Assembly (NCBI GenBank): GCA_964187785.1
Contig: OZ076409.1
Location: 98,830,001-98,894,000 of the forward strand
Origin: Amphiscolops sp. MND2022
Taxonomy: Eukaryota
Reading direction: 5' to 3'
Length of the DNA: 64,000 nt
A model generated the notes under the pieces. It saw nothing but the letters and a program-made list of their open reading frames with translations. It did no database searches and was not told the DNA's origin. The translations under genes and the position numbers were made by a program. Positions 11,101 through 23,600 of this stretch are shown one piece after another. Positions within the stretch are counted from its first letter, which is position 1; each line of letters opens with the position of its first letter.

Positions 11101-14100
11101 CCGTGCATGGAATCAAGGATTTGGTTTTAGCCCAAAACCGTGATATGCATGTACTGGCACTAAAAAAACTGGTGCTGAGCGAGTCCATTGACCGCGACAT
11201 CTTTCCTGAGAACGTGCGCGAGTTCGCACGTAACTACTACCGCCAGAAGAAAGATCTCTTGTTCATCAACAAAAATGATTTTCTATGCGTACGGTATTCC
11301 CCCAACCAACGCCCCTTGCACGAACGTCCGTGCATGATCATCATGCCTCAACTGTATCAACACGAGATCTTGTTCCGAGCGCACGAAGCCATGGGACACC
11401 AGAGCATCTCCAAAGTGGTAGCCCGTATCCAAGAACGCCACACATGGCCTGGCATTCGACGCAGCGTGGGTCGTTACGTTAGCCAATGTCTCACCTGCCA
11501 ACAAGTACGGGACAAGCCTGGTGACGTCCGATTCCATCTGAAGAACATCCAGAGCGGATACTTCAATGAACTGGTCCAGTACGACCATCTGAAGATCTGC
11601 CCCTCAGACAACAACAACTGGCATCAACTGGCATCTTGGTCATCATCGATCATTTCTCCAAGTTCGCAGAAGCAGTTCCTTGCAGTCATCACGACTATGA
11701 CGCTGTAACTACCTCTCGGTTGTTGCTGCAGAAATGGTTTGCCCGTCATGGCACACCCACTCGATTGCAATCAGACAATGCTCCGAACTTGACTGCCGAA
11801 GTATCCAATGAATTCCTGAAAGCTGCCCACGTCACGAAAGTGACTTCCACTGCAGGGCATCCCAGGACCCAAGGCTTGGTAGAACGCCAAAATTGAACAC
11901 TATTAACCCTACTGCGAGTCTTTTGCTCCCGCCGCATCTCCTATAATTCAACGAGGCACGCTACCACTGGCTTCTCACCCTACAAGTTAACGCGGGGCAT
12001 GGAGAAAGCCATTCCTCTTACGTTTCTGTACCCCGAATTTGCCGCCAAATCCTTCGAAACGCATGAAGCGTACGTCGATCACGTGTTGGCTCGCCAACAA
12101 GAGATTCATGACTTGGTGCGACGTAACACACACCAAGCTCAACTACGTCAAAAACTAAAGTACGATCGTGCAATACAATCGAGCCTACCAGCCGGGAGAG
12201 CTCGTCTGGATTTGATTTTTTGCCGTTAGGTGCCGCAAAAAGGCTCCCCCAAGCTAATGCGCGCTTGGCGTGGCCCTCACAAAGTTGTGCAAGTCTTCCA
12301 GGACGGTCGTGTCTACGTGCTGGACACGGGCCAAAACGTTCGTTTCGAGCGCCTCAAACCACATCACAGTGGCCCTCTTGAACTCGCTGCTGCACCCGCG
12401 GACAGCGGCGAAGTAGTGGTACTTATGGACCCCGAGCCTGAACGTTCCGTTGACGTGGTTGAAGACGACAAATCGCTTCCCTCGTATAAGTCCGAACAAC
12501 TGCTTTCAGAAGCGTCCGATGCGTCATTGCCCTCACGCAAACGTCACTGGATGGACACTCGATTACGTACAAAGCTACGCGCAGGAGGCTCGCGTATGCA
12601 TTACCAGCAATTTGACTATTCCACGTCGGGTACTGATGACGAATTATCTGATGTCATGTTGCCGGTACCTCCGAATCTATTTGATGCAGGTCAAGCGGAG
12701 CCCGAGGCTCCTCCGGCTGCTTCAGATTAATCGATATCACCCGCTCGTATTCTACCTCAACTATTCTCCGACCATGAGCGTGTGCGCTCACCGTCTCCAC
12801 AAATCTCTTCCTCTGATAAGGACTCATTGCCGGGGACATCGTCATCCTTATTAACGAATCCCTCATTGACTAATTTCCACAGCAACTATCCCATCTGGCC
12901 GACCGCTCCCCCAATTCCTCTGAAATCTGCCAGCGATGAGATTGACGTTCAGCCCAAACTCCCTAACATTCCCGCAGCGTCGCCCGGAGCGGGGACCGCT
13001 CCTTCTTTTAAAAGGGGGAGGGGGAGACCGCCCAAGGCGCAGATGAAACGGCTAGTCCGAGCAAAGGCAAAAACGAGGAAGAAAGAATCAACCACGAACG
13101 TTGAAACCGAGGCCTTAGCCGAAACAGCAACCCAGGCCGAGACCGAAAACCCAAAATCCGCAGAAGCATCCGAAGCTCCAAGATATCAACTGAGGAGTAA
13201 GCGACAGCCGCGCTACAAATGCGGAACCTGCGGGCTGCGAGACTGTGTCTGCTTGTTAGCTGTGAAAGAGAACCGGAGGGTTCCCACTGGAGCCCGGGGA
13301 GTTCCTCCGGAAGAGAGAGAAAAACTAGTGCACCGCCTCACAGTGCGGGCCGAGAAAACCTCCTCCGCCGTGGAACGTTCTGGAAATCACCCCGTGGATG
13401 CTATCCTTGAGAAGCTATCATTACCTGGAGTAGAGAAAGCTCCTTGCCCCCGGTTTAAGGAGTGGACTAGTGATGAGAAGGGCCTGGAGTTTACCTTGCC
13501 TACTGTGATGCCCCCCGTGCCCAACAACATTGCTTTTAGACCATTCAATTTTGAAAGGGAACCCGTGCAAATGGTCCGGTGCATCGCTGCTGACCCGTTG
13601 TGTGACAAGTATGGAGTGCAAGTGGAACCCGGTGGAGTATACAGTCCTGCTCCTCATTCGTGGTTGCTGGTTACTGCTCCACGAGTGGAGACAATCGTGG
13701 AACCGCTGCACCTGCTGTCCTGTTTAGAGAGTCTTAGAACCCTGACTACTACGGACTTGTTACTTTGCTTCCATATCGTAGATTGGTATCGGGGCAAGGT
13801 GAAATTTGCATGGTGGTTGGAACTAATCATCACCTGCTTCCCCACCTATCCCAGAATTCTACTGCTAGATGAGTGGACTCACACATTTGAGGTCCCTCTG
13901 TTCCCAAAAGCCTCCCTGGGGACTCTGGATACATGGGTCAAACTCTGGATGCCCCGCTCGGTATGGCAAGACCTGGCTGCGATTCAAGGACGCGCGCCTT
14001 GCGTGTGCCTCCCCTCCGACAATGGACCCGGACGAGAAATTGTTTACCCGGGAGCCCTATATCCAAATTCAGCCGAACATGTCTCGTACGACGAAACTGA

Positions 14101-14540
14101 CTTTTTGCAAGCAGAAGGCGATATCGTGTTAGCATGCCCCGCTGACCTGAAAACTAACTCCGCCGCCTTGCGATACGTGCTGCGAGAATGTGGCATAGAA
14201 AAAGTATTCTCCTTGCGGCCTAAGGTGGGCGAGATGCTCACCATCCCCCCCTGATGTTAATCCAAACCCCAACCAAAGTGTTCACCTGCTGATAGTACGA
14301 GCAAACCAGCGTGCGCCGCTGCTGACCGACGACTATTTGCGCTGCATGACGCACCTAGTACAGCGCTTAATGGACAGGGGATCCGCACGGGTCCATGTGC
14401 CCATTTTGGACCCCGAGAGACCTACCTTCTCGTTGGTCAATCTGTACCATGCCTTAGCGAACATGTTCGAGGGTACTGGTATTCATGTGGTTTTACACAG
14501 CCGCGTAAATGTGTCAATATTGAGTATAGGGCTGGAATAG
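8153..14540 (+). pseudogene. pol: pol of element A: protease, dUTPase-like linker, RT, RNase H, integrase and ~750-aa C-terminal extension; disrupted
   Basis: LVDTGSG protease; RT LRFCCDFRPLN, MPFG, YIDD; RNase H LDTDAS; integrase H-H-C-C, QYDH/QSDN/VERQN, WRGPH. Frameshifts near 10020, 11620, 12180-12230 and 14250; stops at 11894 and 12728. ORFs 12230 and 12782 are in the same frame. Confidence 0.93.
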
Positions 14541-14780
14541 CCTTGTCATTTAAATCCAACCCTTTTCCCCCTTTACCATTGCATGATTGTAATATCCCCG
14601 GAAGAGTTTTGAACACTATTGCCGCAAAAATGTTAATTTGTTATGTCACTCCCTCAAATGTTTTTGTTTTAGTTAAGTTAGTTAGATTTGAGTTCGTTAC
14701 GGTTCCCTTAAGGAGCCGATGTTGCATCACTGTAACTGGGAGACGAGCCTTAAGCTCCCACCAACACTCACCGGGTAAAC

Positions 14781-14800
14781 CTAACAGTCATCCTTTTTAG
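14781..14800 (+). promoter_or_regulatory. Putative splice acceptor for ORF3 subgenomic mRNA
   Basis: CTAAC branch-point motif, then TCCTTTTTAG, 12 nt before the ORF3 ATG at 14813. Confidence 0.5.
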
Positions 14801-14812
14801 ATCTATGAATTA

Positions 14813-17800
14813 ATGGCCTACTGCCCAAGCAACTCCGTGCAGGCAACAGGGCCTAGTAGTGCAAGGCCTCAGGAATCTGCGCGAGCGCAGAGGGTCAATC
14901 AGGCCCAATTTGTAGAGGACAGGTTACGAAATGGCCTTCCGCCAGTGGCCATCGCTGGTGTGGCAGCATTACTTACTCAGCTTGACACCATGCAAACGCT
15001 ACCGGGCGTGTCACTCTCAATTGTAACTGAGGTAGCTGGCTACCGCCGCGCCTTGACATGTTCCAATGGCGCATGGGCTGGTTACGACCTTACCCATCAA
15101 TTTCTAGACGAACGATCCACAGCGGTATACGGCCCCAGCCAAGGTACCAGATTTCAACAAGAGGCCTCCTTGCGAATGGTGCCTGCCAGTGTTCCCTCGT
15201 TGCCGCCAATTGTAGCACCGAATTCAGTGTCGATGACGTCAACTTATTCTGGCTCGCCTGCTTTTGGAGCACCATACGGAACTCAGCAGATTCCTCCAAC
15301 CAATCAACCAGTCTCTGATCGGGAGCCCTCGGGGTCCCGGTTACCACCCGTGCCAAACCTGAATCTCATTGGGCGAAGCACTGGCGAACAGGCAGTGATA
15401 GTGGCCATGCAAGCCGTGGCCAATTATCCCAACTCATCCGGCTTCGTTCGGGCAGTAGAACAAAGGATTCCGGGGTTGGCTAACTATTTGCAAGCCGCCG
15501 CTCAGCCCTTGGGCTGCGAAACGCCCACCACTCTAGCCGAAACAGCATCCGTGGATACCGAGACCATAGCTGGACCCAGCAGTAGTACCACAGCTGCTCC
15601 AAGTGGCAGTACCGCGACTGGCCCACGTGAAGAAGCTGGACGGAAGCGAGTAACGGGAGAAAGTGCCGCCTCTGCCCCCACTGGCTCGGTGACGGAAAGT
15701 CCAACCAGTCGTCCTCCTCCGGACAAGCGTGCAGATGTGCCTCAGCAACCCCAGATGAAGAGTGTAGTAATAGTCAGGCCCCATATCGTGTTGGCCACCT
15801 GGGCCGAGGTGCGCCCCAACTGACCATGCGAGAGGCGATTGAGCAATATGGCGACGCGGAGGCCGGCCCTGAAGCGAGCTCCGTGCCCTCGGGCACGAGT
15901 TCCGCCGAGATGTCTTTGGATGAGCAAGAAGCGATTGAGGAAGCCAGCCCGCCAGCTTTCCTACCACCATCCGACGATGTGTCTGGCTCTGTAGCAACCA
16001 GTGACAGTAAGCGAATTTGGATGGCCGCAGAACGTCTATATTCGAACATGTGTGCAATCAGAAGGAGAGCACCCCCGACAGAAGCTGACCAGAAAGAAGT
16101 GAACCGAATCACTATCGCTGCACAAATCACACGAGTACTGCGTCCCCGTGATGCAGATATGTCCGAGCAAGCCTGGGAGCAGCGTGCTCGAGAGCAACTG
16201 CCCATGACGCCTAACGACTATATGGCGCCCCTGCAACACAACATTACAGAGCAATTTCCCGCGCGGTACACGCTACGAGATGGTGAAACGTGGGAAGCAA
16301 ATGCCCGCTATGCCCGTAACATTGTTTCCATGAAACCCCTATTGAAAGCAGCTTTGCAGCGCGCGCGCTACCGTGTGGCAGTGGACTCCACCTGCAGAAA
16401 CGACCTACCCATCGACAACCTGATGCCTGACGTGCTGGTGTTGACGATGCCTTTGTCCCGTTTCGCCGAGATTGCTGAAATGATCGGGGTAATGTACGAC
16501 CCGAACCTGAGAGGGTCACTGGAAGAGCCACCCCTACAGAGAGTGATCTTTGCCAATCTGCTGGACCACATGGCGAGCGAAGGATTGTTGCGTGACCTGG
16601 ATACCATCATGGGTGACACCCGTCGACCTGGGAACGTCGCTACCTTGGTGAACATCGTTGCGGATGCGATGGAGCGTGCCGCAGGGATCCTTCGGGGTCG
16701 CGTGGGAGCGCTAGCGCTCTTCGTATCCCCGCCAGGATTCATGTACTGGCAGCAGAGTTTGCAACAGTTCGTTTATATCCTGTTAGAAGTGTGCAAGGCA
16801 CGCAGAATTGACTTTGCCATCTGCGCACCAAACCTTAGGGTGGACCATGGAGACCTGCGCCCTGGCGCACTGTCATATCCAGCCTTCTTCGCTGCCATAT
16901 CCCGCGTACTGATCGCTGTAGAGCGTTCGGGGAATGCGCAGTTGACCATAGACGACGCCGTGCTCTTCGACCATGGAATGTGCATGGGAAGAATGGCCTT
17001 CGACCTGGACGGCAACCGTGTCATGCGAGAGTCCAACGTAAGTGAACGAGAAGCTGTCCGTCGCTATAACTGGCTGGTGCGTAAAGACAAGGAAATCCCC
17101 GTACGTGCAGAACTAGCTGAGTTAGTGAAGCAAATCGAAGCATGGCCTGCTGCGCGCACGGTCGAGCGAACAATCCCTCAGATTCACTTTGCTACAGAAA
17201 TCGAGCCCGTCAAGCTGCCTGTGGGCATCAGGCACATCGTGGCCAACGAAGCAACCAACCTGAAGAACGAGGTAGATGCAGCTAGTATTACCTACGCCCA
17301 CTGGTACCAGGCCAGATTCGTGAATAGAACCTTGGCGGAAGTGGCTCGAGAGCACGACTGCCCCCTGGAAGCCTTTTGTACCAGTCTCGGTTTGGGCTGG
17401 AACATCGATGTAATCACCGCCGAGTTCTCGCTCACCAATGTGCAGGCCGACAAACTACTGGAAACCATCGGCGAGGCTACCGTGGGAGAAGTGTTAGCGC
17501 TCGCGCTAACGATGGGCCCGACAAAGTTTGTGGCTGGCCCTCTGGCCCTCTTGATCGACATCGTGACATTTGGTGATCTAATCACCTTCTACAGCTATCT
17601 GGTCCTTGCACAGGGACAACTCCGCAGCCTGACCCGCTGGGGTCACCTCATGAATTCCAAGGACCAGCAAAACTATTCCGCCCAATTGCAGCGCATGCGT
17701 GCGTCGATCCAACATTGGTTGTACTCCACCCTGGTATTCGCCTCTGGTTTATTCGTAGGCGTGGATCAGTCGCAACCTCTACATAATGCGGAGCGCCAAA

Positions 17801-19092
17801 TACCCTAGGAGTTGGTCGGATTTCCCATGCCACAGCAACTCGCTGAACTGACGTTAGCAGAAGTGGAGGACTTTGTGGCTACCATGGCTCCGGTTTTGGC
17901 CCCAATTTTCGGCGCAATTGGTGTGTGCAGGTACCCAACTAAACCCCTCGCGAGAGCAGTGCAGGTGCATATGGTATCCTTCTGCACCTATCTTCAAGGA
18001 CGCCCCTCGTTGACTTACCCACGCGTCGTACAGGCCGTACTGAGTGGAGAAATGCCGCATGGGTACACTACTCTGAAGTCTGAAAAACAGTTGGAGGAGA
18101 ATTTGATGGGGCTACTGCGTGCTCGCACGCGAAAAGCATGTCCTTTGCCGCGGGAGTACGGCCCAATCAATTGGTACTCCGCCCCCCTCAGAATGAATGG
18201 AGTCCCCTTCCGATTTCCATGGACCCAAGAATTCATTCGTAAGGTGATCCGTGCCAGCACTAGTGCTGGTCCACCCACAGACCCCCTCTACAGTTTCCGG
18301 TGCATCACTTTCCCAAACCATTACTGGAAAGAACCACTGGGATGGCCCAGAGCGAAGCCCGTTGGTCGTGCCCCTGAGACTTTAAAGCGACAGATCCAAC
18401 ATTTGGAACTGGCACAAATCCCGGGTTGGATTGAAGGAGCCGACCAAATTCGACAGCGAAATCTTCGGTGTCGCATTACTCCGTTTCCCCGAAAATCTGT
18501 ATGAAGGCACCAGGGAAAAATGACAATGTCAGGAGATATGTCAATCGTGTTACACGATGAGATAAATTTCGTCCGAGGTTCCGAAGCCCGTGCAGAATGG
18601 GAAGGACGTTGTTTGGAACTGGAGATTGCCAACTTCCCGAAGTGGAAGCGAGCCTGCGAGCTCTGGAATCAGCCTGGCTGGATTTCCAAGCGAGTATCCT
18701 TGGCTGTGGAGAGTCGAGCCGAGAGCGCCAGACAACAGGCGTTCGCGCCTACCATGCTCGCACCAACAATGGCCATGTCGTGACCCAGCATACGACCCAT
18801 AACCCTTGATCTACCCACTCGCGTCTTGAACCCAGAGCCTGTCAGTCCACCGTCGTCACAGGCCAGTCCTCAGTCATCGCAGCCCCAAACCGGACAACAC
18901 GCCGCTGAACTGACCCCCAACACTATCCTGGTGCAGCCGATCGCCGATTTGGCGCTCCCAGAAGACCTCTCAGACTCGGAAACAGTAGTTACTGTAGTTC
19001 CTGCTCAACGTAGAGCGTCAGTCGCGTTGGAAGATGCTAGCAATCCAGGAACTTCCGATGATGCCACCAAGAATCGAGCTCGACGCAGCTGA
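14813..19092 (+). pseudogene. ORF3 of element A (~1425 codons), env position, with SGNH-hydrolase-like domain; one frameshift and three stops
   Basis: ORFs 15826, 17812, 18520 and 18826 share a frame, separated by single stops; 14813-15823 joins through a -1 shift. SGNH-like blocks: RVAVDSTCRN, VLTMPLSR, VIFANLLD, LFVSPPG, GDLRPGALSY. Confidence 0.75.
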
Positions 19093-19865
19093 GCCCAATG
19101 AACCCTGCCGCCAATGGGAGCGTTCGCGCTCCCTATAGACTCTAAACTCTGCCGAAACAATGCCTTCAAACTTATCGCTTTAACCGGTTCTACCCGTACA
19201 TGGTGCAATTTTTTGTTCAGAGTTATTATTTAGTTAATGTATTGTTAGTTTTGCGCTGGGTGTACAGCCAATAGAGTGCGCCTGCCCCAGCTACTTGGCT
19301 TACAAAGTTGAAAAAAGAATCTGTTACCTAAGAAAAACTGCTATTTTCGTTGCGCACCGTTCGCGGTGTTTTTGAGTTGCCATAGTCAAGAAAAAGTCTT
19401 AGCCTTTTAGTTACAGTTTTTGCTGTTTTTCCTTGTGTTTTGTTGTTCAAGCATCTTTTATCGACTGTCTGAGGAGTAGGCAAATCTGCGCTCTCCCAAA
19501 AGAAGTATTACGTTGCCCGAAATTGACTGAAAACTGTAAATGTCAAGTTGCATAAAAAAAGAGATTTCAGCTGACCTTGGTCGCAAAAGAATTTTTAGCG
19601 AAAACTGCTTGCCCAAACGAGTTTTAACCGACTGAAAACCTTAGCTCTCGAGCTGGTGCTAAAACATCGTTCGCATTTTTGTAAAAAATACTAGGCAGTA
19701 AGATTTTCTTTGAGAAAAACCGCGAAAATTGACCAAAATTGTTGTTGAAAAACGAGGACTTGTCCTTGTTCCCTGATGTGTGGATGATGGTTCCCAGCAG
19801 TCATGGTGACGCAGTTTCTAGACGAGCCCAGACGCCGCTTGCCAGGGACGACAAGCCAGAAGCCC

Positions 19866-19874
19866 GGGGAGTGA
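19866..19874 (+). promoter_or_regulatory. Polypurine tract of element A
   Basis: GGGGAGTGA directly before the 3' LTR TG. Confidence 0.65.
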
Positions 19875-20618
19875 TGTAACGGCAAGCTCTGGTACAACAA
19901 TATCCACCGATTTTGCAACTCGACATGTTCAGAAATTTTGCCAAAAATTCGTTCAAATCTGACGTGGCACTCAAACATGCTCAAGATGAAGTACCTGCCA
20001 AAAAAGCACCCCAGAAAATCAGAAATTGCCGCCCGCGAAGAGCGAACGCAAGAAAACGACCGAAAGGACGTACTTTTCGTCTAAAAAACAAGGTATTGTG
20101 CCCATCCCAAGAGATCGACACTACTGTAGTACCGGAAACCCGTGTTCCAGATGTTCGCCTGAGTATCCTTGCAGTGTCCTGTGTGGTGACGAGCGTTAGC
20201 GCTGGGATCCAAGGTCAATTTCTACCAAAATGACTCAAACTGTTAATTTTGTTGTATTTCTCTTTGATGTAGATTGATATGCTCGAGAGCTGCCCTTGAA
20301 CATCTATATTTACCTATTTGGATATGTCGATTTTATCAGATTCTCCAATACTATGGCTCAACCTCCTCTTGTTTTCAGCCCCCTTTTTAAAGGCTAGTTG
20401 AGCAGTGGTCTTGAGTTATGCAAGATGCCTGTTACTTTTAGCAGTTACAGACTGGGACCAGGCCAGAGAGTTTCTTACAAGACGGTTCCCCCACCTTGGG
20501 ACTGGCTCCTTCGGAGGGAAAATGAGCTAGGGCCGCGGAGATCTAAGTCCCAGATTATATTCGCTGTTCTAGTTCCTCCACTCTAAGTTACGGTTCAAGC
20601 GCGGCGCTTATCGTTACA
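19875..20618 (+). repeat. 3' LTR of element A (744 bp)
   Basis: Direct repeat of 5306-6090, TGTAAC...GTTACA. Confidence 0.95.
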
Positions 20619-23600
20619 ATAGCTTCGAAACGGTGATTTTAGAACATACTGAAAGAGTCTTCTCCAAAGCTTTCCAGCATTCGCCATCTGCTCTTTTTTC
20701 TGTCCTCGTCTTATATGCAAGTTGGCGGAAACAGCGGAACGAGCAATCACATGTCCAATACAACGTCAAAATTTGGAAATCCTGTTTCTGTCTCAGTTTG
20801 CTGAGTGGTAACACTCGGCGAACAAGAGGATGTCGTTGCATATTGTAGCAATAAGGTTTCAAACGTTGCTCAAAAACCTAAAAATTGGAGAAATTTTTGT
20901 CACGTCGACCGCTTTTTTAAAGTTTGATTGAAACTTTTATAAGTAAAATGCTTCGAAGGACATATAATAGTTCAAAACGTGCAAGAAAAATGATCCGAAT
21001 CGCATTGAAAGAAAGTATGTTTTCATTTTTCGATTTGCAGCATTTTTTTGAAAAACGTTCAGATGCATGGCGACATATCTAACGAACCTAAGTTTTTCAA
21101 AGCTGAATTTTGTATTTGAAGAATTGCTTTCGGAATATAAAAGTAGAATGTTTCAAAACTAGTCAAAAACACGTCGATTGAGATTTTATTTCTCATTTGA
21201 CACAAGCGAATTAGGGCGGAAAATAACAAAACGTGCATGTTTTATTACTGTCAGGCTTTCTCTGAATGTTTCGGCATCGAAAAGAAAAGACCCAAAAATT
21301 TCTGTATTTCGTTTTCTGAATTTAATTGGCAATTACATTAAAAATCATTATCATTATGAAGAATCGGGTAACGACCATAATCGGCGCCCAGATTAAAGCT
21401 TTGACAGCTTCAGGATGAACACTTTGCAGTAAACTCTCGCGTATTGGATGACATTTTCAATATGAAAAAAGTCTCACAATGCCGAAAAGTCTGCAAAGTT
21501 TTTTTTATCTCTAAAATAAAGGCGACCAAAAAGAGATCCACTGGATGTATGTAATTACTTTACGTAATCTGTGTAATCCCCAGTGGCTGTATGTCATTGG
21601 GGTGTGCGAATAATTGATATTTCATTGAAAACCAATCATTATATTGATTCATTGGTTTTATCAGCGCTGTAAAATTTCAGTCAATGAATCAATCTCAATT
21701 CTCATTAGCTGTTTTTAGGAAGCTATGTAATATTTCCAGCATCGTTTCAGTTGCAAATATCTAATAATTTCCGGATTTTCAACCAATCAAATTTCATTAT
21801 AGTTCAATTTGTTATTTTTTGCTGCGTTTAGCACATACTTGAAAAACCTTGAAAGAGTATGGAGTGACGGAGGTAAGATTATTTGCAGTGGGAGGCAAAG
21901 TATTCCTCCAGCCAACTTCAGAATGTTAATTTTTCTCGAAGAAAATCTTTTGAAATAATGAATTTTTAATATTTTCTAAACTCATTGAACTTCACCGACT
22001 TTTCAATTAAAAGGCTGTCATTGAGTGATCACGAACCGAGTTGAAATTTCTCCTTAATCGCACTCCCTGGTATGTCATTACTTTGGAAATGGTCTCAAGT
22101 GTAACCGTTTGACTTCCGAAAACTGATCTTTCAAAACAACATTCTCCACTGTGGGGTACATGTGTTTAAATTACTCGCAGCAAATCCGTCCATGGAAAAT
22201 CTTTGTTTCGTTTTCGTGGCGTTCTACAAATTTCTCAAAAGGTTTTATCAGACTTGGGTCAAATGCATCTACGTGGCTTGAAAGCAGGCACGTGTCGGTT
22301 CGAATCCCGTTTTTCTTGAACCACTAGTTTTTTCTTAACAAACATAGCAAACCTAGAAAGTTCGGACAAATCTACATATTTCAAAAGTAAAGATTTATAT
22401 TGTTTTTCCGCACCAAACGCGGTGAAGTTTTTATTCACGATGAACTTTCTTTGGTTGTCAGAAAAACCACTATGGGGAAGAGGAAAAATCTCCACGTTTT
22501 GAATGACTATAATGAACTAGTTTGCAAATACTGTACTTTTTTCCAATTTTCCGTATTTGGCTGAACACGAGGTACGGTAGAAACAGATAAAGACCATGTG
22601 GGTTGGTCGATACCGATTTTCAAGTTTTTTGACATTGAATCACGGAAACGATTCAACTGGAACTGAATGATCCGTTTTTGAATCCTTCCCTTGGTTTTCT
22701 GCAAGAAATGGGCTTAAGCTGCTGTGTTTCGTGTGTACATTAGCTAAGATATGCCTAACAATACTTCTCGACATTAGCAGAACAATGGAAATGTTGTTTG
22801 ATGAATTTCAGAAAGATTTTCAGCACTTTTCGAAAATTAATTCGCTGTAATTTTTCTTTGCTTTTTTGTGACGCTTTGAGATTGATGAAAACACTTTGTA
22901 GTGAGAAGTTTCAGTGGGATACATTTATTGGTTTCTTCAGATAACAAAAAATAAAAACGGCCAAGTAATTTTTCTTGACAGACCCACTTCATGACGTGAA
23001 AATGAATGAAACTCAAATAAAAAACTATCAGAGTACAAAAACTTTTTTCAGTACAAAAAACTTCAAAAATTGATACTTCGATAGTTTTTTGTCAGATCAT
23101 TTCCAATAATGGATAAGTTGAGCATTTTACACAGCTTATAGTCATATACCTAATTGGATTGCAAATGATATATGCTCAATGAAACATGTCTCAAAAAATG
23201 TTTTGGCAAAAAAATTGAAAAAGTGTCCAGCCTAGCCGAACTCCTATACATATCTTGTCAGAATCGTGTAGTAGTTGAGCTTGAACAAATTTTGCAAGTT
23301 TCTTACTTTTCAGACAAACCTGTAAGATTCTGGCAGAGCAGACACTTCTTGCAGACTCAGACGTTCCTTGCAATATTCTCGAAGGTTCGGACATTTCAGT
23401 CAAGGTTCTTGGACGGATTTTGCGAGAACATTGTCTGAGAATTGCAAGAAATTCTTCAAGAAAACACCTGGAATGTACGGTAAACATAGAGATTGTTTTT
23501 TTCGATTTTAGGCCAAGTCTTACAACCATTTTTACTGTGAAAAATATATTTGAACTGTATGTAAAACGTAATACAAATGTAGAACAAGACTCATATAATA

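Larger units (their letters stand above)
5306..20618 (+). mobile_element. Element A: Ty3/Gypsy LTR retrotransposon, gag-deleted, with extended Pol and large ORF3
   Basis: Paired LTRs 5306-6090 and 19875-20618, PBS, PPT, and PR-RT-RH-IN order of the Gypsy superfamily. Confidence 0.96.

Noticed and set aside
14244..14254. Programmed +1 frameshift at CCC-TGA
   Set aside because: It sits in a C7 homopolymer of a copy with many other lesions; a simple indel or sequencing error is more parsimonious.
8578..18809. Many short overlapping or antisense ORFs within A pol and ORF3 (likewise in B and C)
   Set aside because: Shadow frames of GC-richer coding sequence; unlike 39413-43509 they overlap sense genes and I saw no coherent splice structure.
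14813..19092. Retroviral env gene
   Set aside because: No signal peptide, no clear furin site or fusion peptide, and no C-terminal transmembrane anchor.
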